From positions 864,001 through 928,000 of the forward strand of contig OZ244653.1 in the NCBI GenBank assembly GCA_965218795.1: a DNA stretch of 64,000 bases. Reading direction: 5' to 3'. Position 1 is the first letter of the stretch. Each line of letters opens with the position of its first letter. Below the pieces are notes generated by a model. That model worked only from the letters and a program-made list of their open reading frames with translations, was not told where the DNA came from and searched no databases. The position numbers and the translations under genes were made by a program. The stretch comes from a bacterium. Lineage in GTDB: Bacteria > UBA8248 > JACPRG01 > G963555815. This document shows positions 39,066-48,461 of this stretch, piece by piece.

Positions 39066-39600
39066 ATGTTCCATTGCCTTTCTTCGGCCATCTACGAAAC
39101 GACCCTCCCGTCTGATCGTCACCCTGGGCGTCAGCGTGCTCGTTGTTAGCCGGCCCGGCCCTCCTGTGGGTGCCGGACGTCTTTGAGCTCGCAGAGCTCA
39201 AAACCCAGGATCACCGATTGGATGGGATTGGCGGAAGGCGCCCCGGTGTTCTCAGGCGGTCTTGAGCATGAACGGAGATGAGGAAATGAAGTCCCTGTTC
39301 GATCAAGGGCTGGACCTGATACCTGGAGTTCGAAGCAGACCCACTGGGAGCCGATTTCTGCTCGCGCGTCGGTTACGACCCGAACGGCGCGCGGCGATAC
39401 CTGCTGACGCTTCAGTCGCTTGGGGAAGTAATGAGATGGATTCCGTACCGGAGTCCACCCATCCTTTCGCTCAGGAGCGTTTGGACGTGATAGATGAGTC
39501 GTTCAGCCGCCCGAAGGATGAAAAAATCGACACCGCGGCGGACGGCCACGGGAGGAAGGGTGTAAAACAAACCGCTCAGAGCGTTCCCGGCGTTCGCTGA
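39066..39600 (+). pseudogene. Degraded remnants: possible CHASE2-sensor N-terminus and M48 metallopeptidase C-terminus
   Basis: Fragments across frames: LIVTLGVSVLV / AGPALLWVPDVFELAELKTQDHRL, then SLFDQGLD / LEFEADPLGADFCSRVGYDPNG / STHPFAQERLDVI. Confidence 0.55.
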
Positions 39601-39620
39601 AAGCGGGAAATTACACCCTT

Positions 39621-40943
39621 CTACCATCTCTCCCACAACTTGGCGGCACGCTCCCGTGCGAGAGCGAAGATTTCTGCTTCTTCCAGGGTGACGATCTCTC
39701 GGTCGCGCATGATGATCTCTCCGCCCACGACGACGGAACGGGCCTGCAGGCCCGCGCACCCGTACAACAGATGCCCCCAGAAATTGTCCCCCGACAGAGG
39801 CGTCGGCGCACGGTAATCCGCAATGACGACATCCCCCAAGGCCTCGGGCTTGAGAATTCCCACCTGAGCTCCGAGAAAATGGGAGGCAATGGCCGGGTTT
39901 CCCACGGTCAACAGGTCTTGGACCTCAGCCCATGCCACCCGCGGGTCCCCCGCTACGTGTTTCTGGAGAAGGTAGGCGGACATGGTGGCGGAGAACATGT
40001 CCTGGGTCATCGCGTCCGTTCCCAACCCACCGCGGATTCCCGCCCATTTCCGGATGGGGGCGCAGCCCACGGCGTTGTTCATGTTCGATTGGGGGTTATG
40101 GACGGCGAAGGAGTTGCTCTCACGCAGGGCGGAAAGGTCCGCCTCGTCCACATGGATGCAATGGGCGGCGATGGAATGGCTACCCAAAACCCCCGACTCT
40201 CGAAGGCGCTGCATCGGACGCTTTCCGAAACGCTTCAGGCTGTCCGCCACCTCAGGCTCGTGCTCGGAGACATGGACGTGAAATCCCACGTCGGACCCCA
40301 CTTCCCTCCCTGCCTCCAGACAGGCCTGCAGGGATTCATCCGAGAGCGTGAGCGGCGCGTGGAGTCCGAACAACCCAGCCAACCGGGCGTCCTCACGTCT
40401 CCTGGTCTCGTTGAGAAACCGGACGTTTTCCTCGATCCCTGCCTTCATCCCGTCCTTCCCGTTCCGGTCCGTCACTTCATAACAAAGGACGCTTCGCAGG
40501 CCCGATTGTAAGCTGGCCTCGGCAATGACGCCGAGACTTCCCTCGATGGCGGACGGGCTGGCGTGGTGGTCGATGAAGGTCGTGGTCCCGTTGCGGATAT
40601 AGCCGACGATAGTGACCAGCGCGCTCAGGCGGACATCCTCCATTTCCAGGGCGCGGTCCAGGCGCCACCATAGACGTTCAAGGATTTCCAAAAAGGTGGC
40701 GGGCGGCTCCTCTTTGAGGGCAATGCCTCGCGCGAATCCGCTATACAGGTGGGTGTGGGCGTCGATGAGACCGGGCAAGACAAGTCGTCCCTCGGCGTCC
40801 AGGACCTCCTCCCCGGGGTTCTCCTTCACATCGCCGGTGGTCCCCATGTCCGAGATTCGTCCCTCATCGATCCGAAGGGCGCCGGATTCGATGAACGGAT
40901 TTTCCGGATCGAACGTGAGCAGGGAGCCATTGGTAACAAGCAT
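39621..40943 (-). CDS. ssnA: SsnA-like metal-dependent amidohydrolase
   Basis: LPGLIDAHTHLYS, FLEILERLWWRLDRAL, IDHHASP, GLHA, HVHVSE, HNPQSNMNNAVG, LGTD. Confidence 0.82.
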   Translation of the reverse strand: MLVTNGSLLTFDPENPFIESGALRIDEGRISDMGTTGDVKENPGEEVLDAEGRLVLPGLIDAHTHLYSGFARGIALKEEPPATFLEILERLWWRLDRALEMEDVRLSALVTIVGYIRNGTTTFIDHHASPSAIEGSLGVIAEASLQSGLRSVLCYEVTDRNGKDGMKAGIEENVRFLNETRRREDARLAGLFGLHAPLTLSDESLQACLEAGREVGSDVGFHVHVSEHEPEVADSLKRFGKRPMQRLRESGVLGSHSIAAHCIHVDEADLSALRESNSFAVHNPQSNMNNAVGCAPIRKWAGIRGGLGTDAMTQDMFSATMSAYLLQKHVAGDPRVAWAEVQDLLTVGNPAIASHFLGAQVGILKPEALGDVVIADYRAPTPLSGDNFWGHLLYGCAGLQARSVVVGGEIIMRDREIVTLEEAEIFALARERAAKLWERW

Positions 40944-41098
40944 TTCAGGCGCTCTCCTTCGGCCAAGCGGAAACTTTCCGATGATCCGCCCGGCGAACGG
41001 CTTTTCGGATGTGAACACACAACGACCGACGAAGGCGGCCGGAAGGACTCTCCGCCATGCAACCGTCGCCTTTTCCAATGAGATGATATGATCCAATC

Positions 41099-41767
41099 AT
41101 GAATGCGGCTCCCCAGATTGTCAAAGTCCCGTCCCCCCCGAAGATCCGCCGGCCATTCCGTGGCGGGTTTATGTCGGTGTGTTGCCCGATTCTTCTGGCC
41201 GCGGTTGTCGGATGTGGGATGTTCGAGGGGCCTGAGCCGGAACCCGTGGATCCTCCGGCGCCGGCCGGGAAGGAGAAAGATTCAAAAGAGGCGAAAGAAC
41301 CCAGGGACGCCCCGGTGCTTCGTCGAATCAGACCGGAACAACCCTCCGATGGAAAAATCAAAGAGCTGAAAAGACACTGGGTTCGCGTTCTGAAGGTCAT
41401 TGACGGCGTTACGTTCTCCCTGGATAACCTGCACGTCGTTCGCCTCATCGGGGTCGCCCGCCCGAAACCCTTTGCCGACAAGAAATACAAAGAGTTTTTT
41501 GAAGAGGTGACGACCCCCGAGGTTCGGCAGATCGTCGAGGGAAAGCGCGTATTTCTCATGCGGGACAAAGCCATTGAAGGGCGCGACGGAAGACCCGTGA
41601 TTTATATGTTTCTTGATGACAAGACCATGCTGAATGCCACACTCATACAAAAAGGGTACGGTCGTCTGAGCCAAGAGGTGCCTTTCAAGTTTCAAGATGA
41701 ATTCCGCCTATGGGAGCGGGATGCGCAAAGCATCGGACTCGGCTACTGGGGACGCGACGACGATTGA
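41099..41767 (+). CDS. Thermonuclease (SNase) family lipoprotein with degenerate catalytic residues
   Basis: VVGC lipobox, Pro/charged linker, VLKVIDGVT...VRLIGV...GR...LNATLIQKGYG...ERDAQSIGLGYW. Confidence 0.75.
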   Translation: MNAAPQIVKVPSPPKIRRPFRGGFMSVCCPILLAAVVGCGMFEGPEPEPVDPPAPAGKEKDSKEAKEPRDAPVLRRIRPEQPSDGKIKELKRHWVRVLKVIDGVTFSLDNLHVVRLIGVARPKPFADKKYKEFFEEVTTPEVRQIVEGKRVFLMRDKAIEGRDGRPVIYMFLDDKTMLNATLIQKGYGRLSQEVPFKFQDEFRLWERDAQSIGLGYWGRDDD

Positions 41768-41798
41768 TTTCCCGAGCGGCCCCGTCCCCGCATACATG

Positions 41799-41818
41799 AG
41801 GCGGCCGAACGGCCGCCT
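41799..41818. terminator. Hairpin between convergent genes
   Basis: AGGCGGCCG-AA-CGGCCGCCT inverted repeat. Confidence 0.4.
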
Positions 41819-41866
41819 TGAACCGCCCTTCGGAGCCGGGAGGCGGAACGTGGGAGCACCCGGTGG

Positions 41867-42643
41867 CTACTCGCGGCAGGCGAGGTGTCCGGCGACCGCA
41901 CCGAACCCGAATCTCATGACGACGGGCACGGTAAACCCTTCGGATATCAGCATGTCGGTCAGGACGGAGGCCGGCGGGAACGCCTCCAGCGACCTCCGCA
42001 GCCAAAGGTAGTCCTCCTGACTGCCTTTGGCCAAGTTTGCCAGAAGGGGGAGAAGCCAGCGCAGATAGCAGAGGATGAGGGGCCGCATCGGCCCCCGCTC
42101 CGGGCGCGTCAGCTCGAGCGAGACGAAGAGGCCTCCGGGGCGCAACACCCTCGCCGATTCACGAAGTGTGGCGGGAAGGTCGATTACATTCCGGAGCCCG
42201 AATCCCACTGTCACGAGGTCGAAGGACGCATCCCGAAAGGTGGAAAGATCCGTAGCGTCGCCCTGAAGCCAACCCAAGACGCGGGGCCCGGCCGATTTTC
42301 GGCTCCGGTCCTGGGCCTTCCGGATCATCGGCTCGCAAAAATCCAGGCCGATCCACCGGGCGTCCGCTCCGATTTCCTCAAGCGCCAGGAAGGTGTAATC
42401 CCCCGTGCCGCAACACAGGTCGAGCCCGACGAGGGGTCCTCCGGAATCAACGGATTGAAGAAGCGCAAGCGCCCGCCGCAGGGTGGCCCGGCGCCAGGCC
42501 CGATGCATGCCGCCGGTGATGAAACCGTTGGCCAGGTCATAGTGGGGAGCGATCCTGGCGAACAGACTTTGGACATACCTAGCGCGGTCGGAACCGGTCA
42601 GGGTCTCGGGTCTTTGAACACGGGTATTCATGTTTCGCTCCAA
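41867..42643 (-). CDS. ubiE: UbiE/MenG family quinone methyltransferase
   Basis: FARIAPHYDLAN...HRAWR, LDLCCGTGD, GFGLRNV, RVLRPGG, SLEAFP. Confidence 0.85.
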   Translation of the reverse strand: MERNMNTRVQRPETLTGSDRARYVQSLFARIAPHYDLANGFITGGMHRAWRRATLRRALALLQSVDSGGPLVGLDLCCGTGDYTFLALEEIGADARWIGLDFCEPMIRKAQDRSRKSAGPRVLGWLQGDATDLSTFRDASFDLVTVGFGLRNVIDLPATLRESARVLRPGGLFVSLELTRPERGPMRPLILCYLRWLLPLLANLAKGSQEDYLWLRRSLEAFPPASVLTDMLISEGFTVPVVMRFGFGAVAGHLACRE

Positions 42644-42725
42644 TGATTGGAGAAAAGTCTCCCCGGAGGTTCTACCATTTGCGTTTGGGTTTATAATCCA
42701 CCTTTGAATTGGTTTGACCTCGCAA

Positions 42726-42754
42726 TTTACACCTGAAGGCAGATTTGGTAAAAT
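42726..42754 (+). promoter_or_regulatory. Sigma70-type promoter of the ABC transporter operon
   Basis: TTTACA (42726-42731), 17-bp spacer ending in TGG, TAAAAT (42749-42754). Confidence 0.6.
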
Positions 42755-42917
42755 TCAACATTCTTGAGCGCATCAAATTTCAAGACGTAGTATTTGTATG
42801 AAGAACACAAGGGGGATTGGCTCTTCTTGGCAAGCGCATCATCAAGCCTCTTGGTCCCGGGCTTTACAGCAGAGGGCAAAGCCCAAAACCCTATCCATGG
42901 AAGGGGAGACATTCCAA

Positions 42918-43928
42918 ATGAGCAAGGGAAGAGGAATCAGCCGCCGCAGATTCGTGCAGGGTGTCGGATGGGTGGCAGCCGGCGCGATGGCAGGGCCCTT
43001 TGCGGCATCTCGCCGCTCGTTTGGGGCCACCCCGGTCGTGGGTGCCGGCCTCGGACCGCCGTCCAACTCCACGATGATGGTTCCCATCATCAAGGGGAAA
43101 AAGCTTGACCAGAAGCACGGCCTCGATTTCCAGATCAATCTGTATCGCCGGCTGGGCGCAATGTATTCCGACTTTGCCGCTCATAAGTGGGAGAGTGTCT
43201 ACTGCCCCGCTTTCTCCAACGCCGCGAGATTTTACAACAAGGGCGTGGACATACAACTGATGTTTACGTATACGACCGCCAACCACGCGTTCGTCACGAA
43301 AAACCCGGCCATCCGAACGGCTCAGGACCTGAAGGGCAAGACCGTCGCCGCGACGACGGCTTCCGGCTTCTGGGGCATGGCCGTCCTCTTCCTGCGGGCC
43401 AACGGGCTCAACCACCGGACCGATCTCAACGTCATCAGCGCCTCCCCGCCGGCTGTGACGACGCAGCTCATGGCCAACAAGGTCGATGTAGGTATCGTCT
43501 GGGAGCCGAATCTCTCGAGGATGCTGACGTCGGGATTCCATCTGGTGGGCGATATGAGCGCCGGTATCCGGAAGGCCATCGGGATCAAGGCGGACCAGCC
43601 TGTCTGGTATCTGGGCGCCTACGCCTGGAAGGAATGGCTGCACGGCGACCACAAACGGAATGTCGGCATCCTGAGAATGTGGCAGGACGCGGTCGATTTT
43701 TATCACAAGCAGCCCGAGAAGGCCGACAAGTTGATCAGCGAGTTCACGAAGATCCCAGTGAAGGCGCTGAAATACAGCCGCGAACACAAGTTCATGACCT
43801 TCCGTGTGGAGCCTGCCATGAACCAGAAAGCGAACATCATGGCGACGCTCGAAGGCTTCAAGTCGGTGGGTCGGATGAAGAAGCTTCCGAATGACGGCAT
43901 TTATTACAAATGGCCGGGGTTGAGTTGA
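42918..43928 (+). CDS. NitT/TauT-family ABC transporter substrate-binding protein, Tat signal
   Basis: SRRRFVQG twin-arginine signal; IRTAQDLKGKTVA and VDVGIVWEP motifs. Confidence 0.85.
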   Translation: MSKGRGISRRRFVQGVGWVAAGAMAGPFAASRRSFGATPVVGAGLGPPSNSTMMVPIIKGKKLDQKHGLDFQINLYRRLGAMYSDFAAHKWESVYCPAFSNAARFYNKGVDIQLMFTYTTANHAFVTKNPAIRTAQDLKGKTVAATTASGFWGMAVLFLRANGLNHRTDLNVISASPPAVTTQLMANKVDVGIVWEPNLSRMLTSGFHLVGDMSAGIRKAIGIKADQPVWYLGAYAWKEWLHGDHKRNVGILRMWQDAVDFYHKQPEKADKLISEFTKIPVKALKYSREHKFMTFRVEPAMNQKANIMATLEGFKSVGRMKKLPNDGIYYKWPGLS

Positions 43929-43989
43929 GAGCCGAGGCCGGAATGCTTTCCTGAAAACAGGAAGCGTGACGTGAAGCGAAGCAATGAGA

Positions 43990-44015
43990 GGCGGCCTTCC
44001 CACGGGAGGGCCGCC
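43990..44015 (+). promoter_or_regulatory. Intercistronic stem-loop after the binding-protein gene
   Basis: GGCGGCCTTCCC-AC-GGGAGGGCCGCC with no U-tail; the usual position for an mRNA-stabilising hairpin. Confidence 0.45.
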
Positions 44016-44044
44016 ATTCCAGATATGAGACAGGACAGGGTGCC

Positions 44045-44908
44045 ATGACGCAGGCGGAGATTACCGAATCCGGCGCGGATCAGGAGCACGCTTCCGGAGC
44101 GGGTCTGCCCGTCGCCGCCGGCGAACGGGTGGGGACGGGCGGATTCCTGGGCGAAGGATTTTCCTGGAAGGCCGTCGTTACGTTTTTGACCATTGCGGTG
44201 ATATGGCAGATCGTCTCTTTTTTCAGCCCCGTGTATCTGTTCCCGGGCATTCAACTCATTGCGCAGTCTTTCTATGAAATCCTGACTTCCTTCGAGATGA
44301 TCATCCAGTTGGTTTGGACCTTCGGCCGTTTGCTCTCAGCCATTATCGTTTCCGTCATCATTGGCGTGCCCATTGGCATGTTCATGGGCATGTCCAACCG
44401 GATTGACGATTTCGTACGCCCCCTCATCAAGTTCATCATGGGCGTCCCGGCTCTCAACTGGGTGATCATCGTTATCGTGTGGTTCTCGGCCACCGAGGTC
44501 CGCATCGGCTTCGTCCTCCTCATGATCTGCGCGCCGATTACAATCTTCAACGTGTACGACGGTATACGATCGATCGACCAGAAGACCATCGACATGGTGA
44601 AGACCTTCGGGGCGAATCCGTTTCAAATGATTAAGATCCTCTTCTGGCCTTACGCCAAATCCTTCGCCTTTACGGCAACGAAGATCAACGTCGGCGTGGG
44701 CGTTCGCGTCGTTATCGTGGCGGAATTGGTCGGGGCGCCGACCGGCATCGGCAAGGAGCTCGATCTCGCCAAAAGCCTGTTTGACATGTCGCTTATCCTC
44801 GCCTGGACGTTGTGGATGATCCTCATCCTGCTGCTCTTGGAATATTTCATCGAATGGCTGGAGAGCCATGTCCTCCAATGGCGGGCGGAGGAAGGGGGCA
44901 GAACCTGA
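44045..44908 (+). CDS. NitT/TauT-family ABC transporter permease
   Basis: Multiple TM helices; GVPIGMFMG, DMVKTFGA (EAA-like), VAELVGAPTGIG. Confidence 0.9.
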   Translation: MTQAEITESGADQEHASGAGLPVAAGERVGTGGFLGEGFSWKAVVTFLTIAVIWQIVSFFSPVYLFPGIQLIAQSFYEILTSFEMIIQLVWTFGRLLSAIIVSVIIGVPIGMFMGMSNRIDDFVRPLIKFIMGVPALNWVIIVIVWFSATEVRIGFVLLMICAPITIFNVYDGIRSIDQKTIDMVKTFGANPFQMIKILFWPYAKSFAFTATKINVGVGVRVVIVAELVGAPTGIGKELDLAKSLFDMSLILAWTLWMILILLLLEYFIEWLESHVLQWRAEEGGRT

Positions 44909-45732
44909 TGGCAGAAGGCGCCCGAATTTCCGGAAATGGATCCCGCCGGGAAACGAAAATCGCCGTCCGGGACGTCCACAAGACCTTCTACCAAAAGCAG
45001 AAGGGGGTGGAAGTCCGGGCGATCGCCGGATTGGATTTTGAAATTTTCGAAGGCGAATACCTGGTGATCGTCGGCGAGACCGGTGCGGGGAAGTCGGTCT
45101 TTTTCGACTGCCTCTTGGGTCTGAAGGATACCACCGCCGGGCACATCCTGATCGACGGGACACCGGCTGTTCAGTTTCGCAAAAAAAACGTCGGGGGCAT
45201 CACGCGAATCTTCCAGGAAGACCGACTGCTCCCCTGGCGGACGGCCACCGAAAACGTTTCTCTCGGATTGGAGATCCAGGGGGGTCCAAAGGAGGAGCAA
45301 ACCGAGACCGCCCACAAGTGGTTGAAGCTGGTCGGACTTTGGGGGTTTGAGAATTCCTACCCCAATGAGCTTTCCGGCGGGATGCGACAACGGGTGAACA
45401 TTGCCCGCGCCTTCGCCACCCAGCCGGACATCCTCCTGCTGGACGAGGCGTTCGGCGGACTGGACGAGGTGACGGCGACCCGTCTGCGCAAGGACTTTCT
45501 CGATATTGCGCATCAGCAGAAAATGACCTTTGTGATGGTGACCCACAGCCTGGAAGAGGCGCTCGTTCTCGGAAAACGGGTTCTCGTCTTCGGCGTGCCG
45601 GCCCGGGTCGTCCACTCCATTGCCATTCCGGACGGTATCGAAAACGACGAGGCCCTGTTCGAAGAAAAGAAAGAGGAAATCAAGTACTGGATTGCCAAGG
45701 AAGGGCGCCTGAAGTCGGTCGATAGGGATTAG
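44908..45732 (+). CDS. NitT/TauT-family ABC transporter ATP-binding protein
   Basis: GETGAGKS, FQEDRLLPW, LSGGMRQR, LLLDEAF, VTH; TGATG overlap with the permease. Confidence 0.93.
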   Translation: MAEGARISGNGSRRETKIAVRDVHKTFYQKQKGVEVRAIAGLDFEIFEGEYLVIVGETGAGKSVFFDCLLGLKDTTAGHILIDGTPAVQFRKKNVGGITRIFQEDRLLPWRTATENVSLGLEIQGGPKEEQTETAHKWLKLVGLWGFENSYPNELSGGMRQRVNIARAFATQPDILLLDEAFGGLDEVTATRLRKDFLDIAHQQKMTFVMVTHSLEEALVLGKRVLVFGVPARVVHSIAIPDGIENDEALFEEKKEEIKYWIAKEGRLKSVDRD

Positions 45733-45778
45733 GACGGATGGAGAAAGACGGCGTCTTTCTCCATTGATAGACCGTCCT
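45731..45778. terminator. Long inverted repeat between convergent operons
   Basis: ATGGAGAAAGACG-G-CGTCTTTCTCCAT (45738-45764), enclosed by AGGACGG/CCGTCCT. Confidence 0.55.
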
Positions 45779-45843
45779 TATGTAGAATCGAACCAAAGGG
45801 GTGACCGGAGCAGGTCGTCTCTTTTCGTTTCCATTGAAGAATT

Positions 45844-47418
45844 TCACCGAATCAGTTCCCTCCGCAAAATTTTCCCCACGGGACTCTTGGGCAGTGATTC
45901 CGCAAATTCGATGACGTGCGGAACCTTGAACGGCGCTATCCGCTTCTTCAGGTTCGCTTGCAACAGGGAGGCCAGGGCCGCCGTCGGATCGACCTTCTCC
46001 CGCAGTACGACAATCGCCCGGATGCGGTTCCCGATTTCCTCATCGGCCACTGGAACCACCGCGGCTTCCGCGATTTCGGGCTCCCGGCGCAAAGCGCTCT
46101 CAATCTCCACCGGCGAGATGAAGATCCCCCGGCTCTTGAAGCACTCGTCGCTCCTGCCGGCAATCCAAAAATATCCCTCGGCATCCCGGTACGCGAGATC
46201 CCCCGTGTGGTACCAACCCTCCCGCCGCACCTCGGCCGTTCGATCAGGATCCTTGTGGTATCCAAGAAAAAATCCCGGGTTATCCGCCCGGATGAGAAGA
46301 TTGCCGATGTCGCCGGGCGGCAGCGCCCGGTATTCGTCGTCCAGCACTTCGACGTCTACGCCGGGGAGCGGCTTGCCGATGGACCCCGGCCGTACGGGGT
46401 GTCGAGGGCCCTGCCCCAAAACCATCTGCATCTCCGACACGCCGTAATGCTCGTAGATGTCGCAACCGACCCGTCGCTTCCATTCGTAATACGTAGCGTC
46501 CTGCAAAGGCTCTCCCGTCGCGTTGCAACATCGGAGGCTCGACAGGTCGTATTTTTTTTCGACACCGTCGATGGAAAGAATTCGCCGGTACACCGTCGGA
46601 ACGGAATACAAGACCGTGACCCGAAAACGCTGGACGGCGTCGAGCACCTGCGCCGGGTGCGCGCGTCCTTCCAGAATGGCGCCGGCCATACCATTCCGTA
46701 AGGGGAACAGAACATTGTGCCCAAGTGCGCTGATAAAGCTCCATTCGCCCGTTGCCATCACCACATCGCCTTCCAGGGGCGGGATCCGCAGGTTGTTGGC
46801 GTCGCCCAGGGCGATGATCCAGCGGTGCGCGTGGCAAATCCCCTTTGGTCTTCCCGTCGTCCCAGAGGTGTACACGAAAAAGGCGGGGTCATCGGCGGCT
46901 GTGTCGGCGGCCTCCAAACCCACGGCATCTTGCTCATGCGTCAACTTCTCGAAGGCCCGGTCCCCGTCGCTCGCTCCTCGAGCAACGATTAAACCTTGGC
47001 TGAGCCGGTCGCGGATTTTCCGCAGCGAACCCGCCACCGAGTCCAGCGTGACGGCCGCGGCGGCTTCGCTGTGCTCCACGACGTAGCTGACTTCGTCTTC
47101 TCCGAGAAGCGAGTTGAGGAGGACGGGAAGGGCGCCGATTTTCAACAAGGCGAGAAAAGAAAGGATAAACTCCGGACAGTTCGGCATCCGGAGGATAATC
47201 GGCATCCCCCGGCTCACACCCTCCCGGATGAAACCTCTGGCCAGAGAATCGACGCGCGCCCCCAGGGCTTCATAGGAGAGCCGGCCGCTCTTGTGCAAAA
47301 ACGCGGTCCCTTTCCCCAGCCCCCGTTCGATCGGCCGGTCGAGAATCTCCCCGGCGATATTCACCCGCAGGGGGATCTTCCGATACCCGGACGGCAGCCC
47401 TGAAACGTTAGCTTCCAT
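45844..47418 (-). CDS. Acyl/aryl-CoA ligase (benzoate-CoA-ligase-like AMP-binding enzyme)
   Basis: YTSGTTGRPKG, YGVSE, YHTGD, GRSD, LPKSPVGKILR. Start is 47418 or 47445. Confidence 0.85.
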   Translation of the reverse strand: MEANVSGLPSGYRKIPLRVNIAGEILDRPIERGLGKGTAFLHKSGRLSYEALGARVDSLARGFIREGVSRGMPIILRMPNCPEFILSFLALLKIGALPVLLNSLLGEDEVSYVVEHSEAAAAVTLDSVAGSLRKIRDRLSQGLIVARGASDGDRAFEKLTHEQDAVGLEAADTAADDPAFFVYTSGTTGRPKGICHAHRWIIALGDANNLRIPPLEGDVVMATGEWSFISALGHNVLFPLRNGMAGAILEGRAHPAQVLDAVQRFRVTVLYSVPTVYRRILSIDGVEKKYDLSSLRCCNATGEPLQDATYYEWKRRVGCDIYEHYGVSEMQMVLGQGPRHPVRPGSIGKPLPGVDVEVLDDEYRALPPGDIGNLLIRADNPGFFLGYHKDPDRTAEVRREGWYHTGDLAYRDAEGYFWIAGRSDECFKSRGIFISPVEIESALRREPEIAEAAVVPVADEEIGNRIRAIVVLREKVDPTAALASLLQANLKKRIAPFKVPHVIEFAESLPKSPVGKILRRELIR

Positions 47419-48310
47419 TCCCGCTTCCAAACGGCCAATTCTCATAAAACGGTCCTCGGTAGTCCGGGTCCCGCTTTTCCATGAAGGAACGGATGCCCTC
47501 CTGGCAGTCTTTTGTGCGTGTGATCTCGAGGATGGCGGCCAGCTCTTTGCCGTATCCCTCTTCGGAGCGGTTGGCGTTCCAGTAATACTTGACCAGATCT
47601 TTGGCATGGCGGACGGAAAGGTACGGATTGCTGGAGATCTGCCCGGCCAGCTCGAACGCCTCATCCATCAGCTTGTCGTGGGGGACAACGCGGTCCACCA
47701 GTCCGATCCGCTCGGCCTCCTGGGCGTCGACGCGCTTGCCGGTGAGGATCATCTCAAGCGCCTTCCCCACACCGATGAGCTTTGGCAGGTTGCGCGCGCC
47801 GCCGGCCTCCGGGACGAAACCGGCGGGCACGGCGACCTCGCCCAGCCGGGCCTGATCGGACGCAATCCGTAAATCGCACAGAGTGCACATCTCCAGCCCG
47901 GCCCCGACCGCCCAGCCGTTGATGGCGGCGATGGTGACGGGAGGCAGGTCTTCCAGCTTTCGAAAACAGCGCTGAAGGACCTGGTGGCGCAGATCGTTGA
48001 AAAAATAGTGGGCGAGTTCCTGATAGGGTCCGTGGATGCCCATGTCATAATCCTCGGTCGCCCCCAGCGGTCCGGCCTCCGTCGTGACGTCCCCTCCCGC
48101 GGAAAACCCCCGGCCCTCTCCCGTGATGATGACTGTCTTCAGGTGGCTGTTCCATCTGATTTCATCGCACAGGATGTCGAGTTCCACGCGCATTCGGACG
48201 TCGATCGCGTTCATGGTCTCGGGCCGGTTCAGCTTGATCAGTCCGATGCATGGCTCTTGGGGCCTGTTCGGGTTGGAGTGAACAGACCAGTCCAGTGCCT
48301 GATATTTCAT
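47408..48310 (-). CDS. Enoyl-CoA hydratase/isomerase (crotonase) family protein
   Basis: LNRPETMNAI, FSAGGD, INGWAVGAGLE, LGEV, EAERIGLV, DCQEGIRSFMEKR. Confidence 0.92.
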   Translation of the reverse strand: MKYQALDWSVHSNPNRPQEPCIGLIKLNRPETMNAIDVRMRVELDILCDEIRWNSHLKTVIITGEGRGFSAGGDVTTEAGPLGATEDYDMGIHGPYQELAHYFFNDLRHQVLQRCFRKLEDLPPVTIAAINGWAVGAGLEMCTLCDLRIASDQARLGEVAVPAGFVPEAGGARNLPKLIGVGKALEMILTGKRVDAQEAERIGLVDRVVPHDKLMDEAFELAGQISSNPYLSVRHAKDLVKYYWNANRSEEGYGKELAAILEITRTKDCQEGIRSFMEKRDPDYRGPFYENWPFGSGNGS

Positions 48311-48461
48311 CGTCCCTCCTCCTTTGCATGGGTCGTTTCACGGCGCAAGCCTCCGTCTGCCGCAAGGGCCTCCTCGAATCGCTGATTGGGCTGCTCGCTA
48401 TTGTACCGGCTTCAGTGAAGGGGAAGGGAAAGGATGGCCGGCGGTGGAAAACCCGAATGGG

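Noticed and set aside
39262-39600. 112-aa ORF as a real hypothetical protein
   Set aside because: It alternates in and out of frame with M48 peptidase motifs, so it is better explained as part of a pseudogene.
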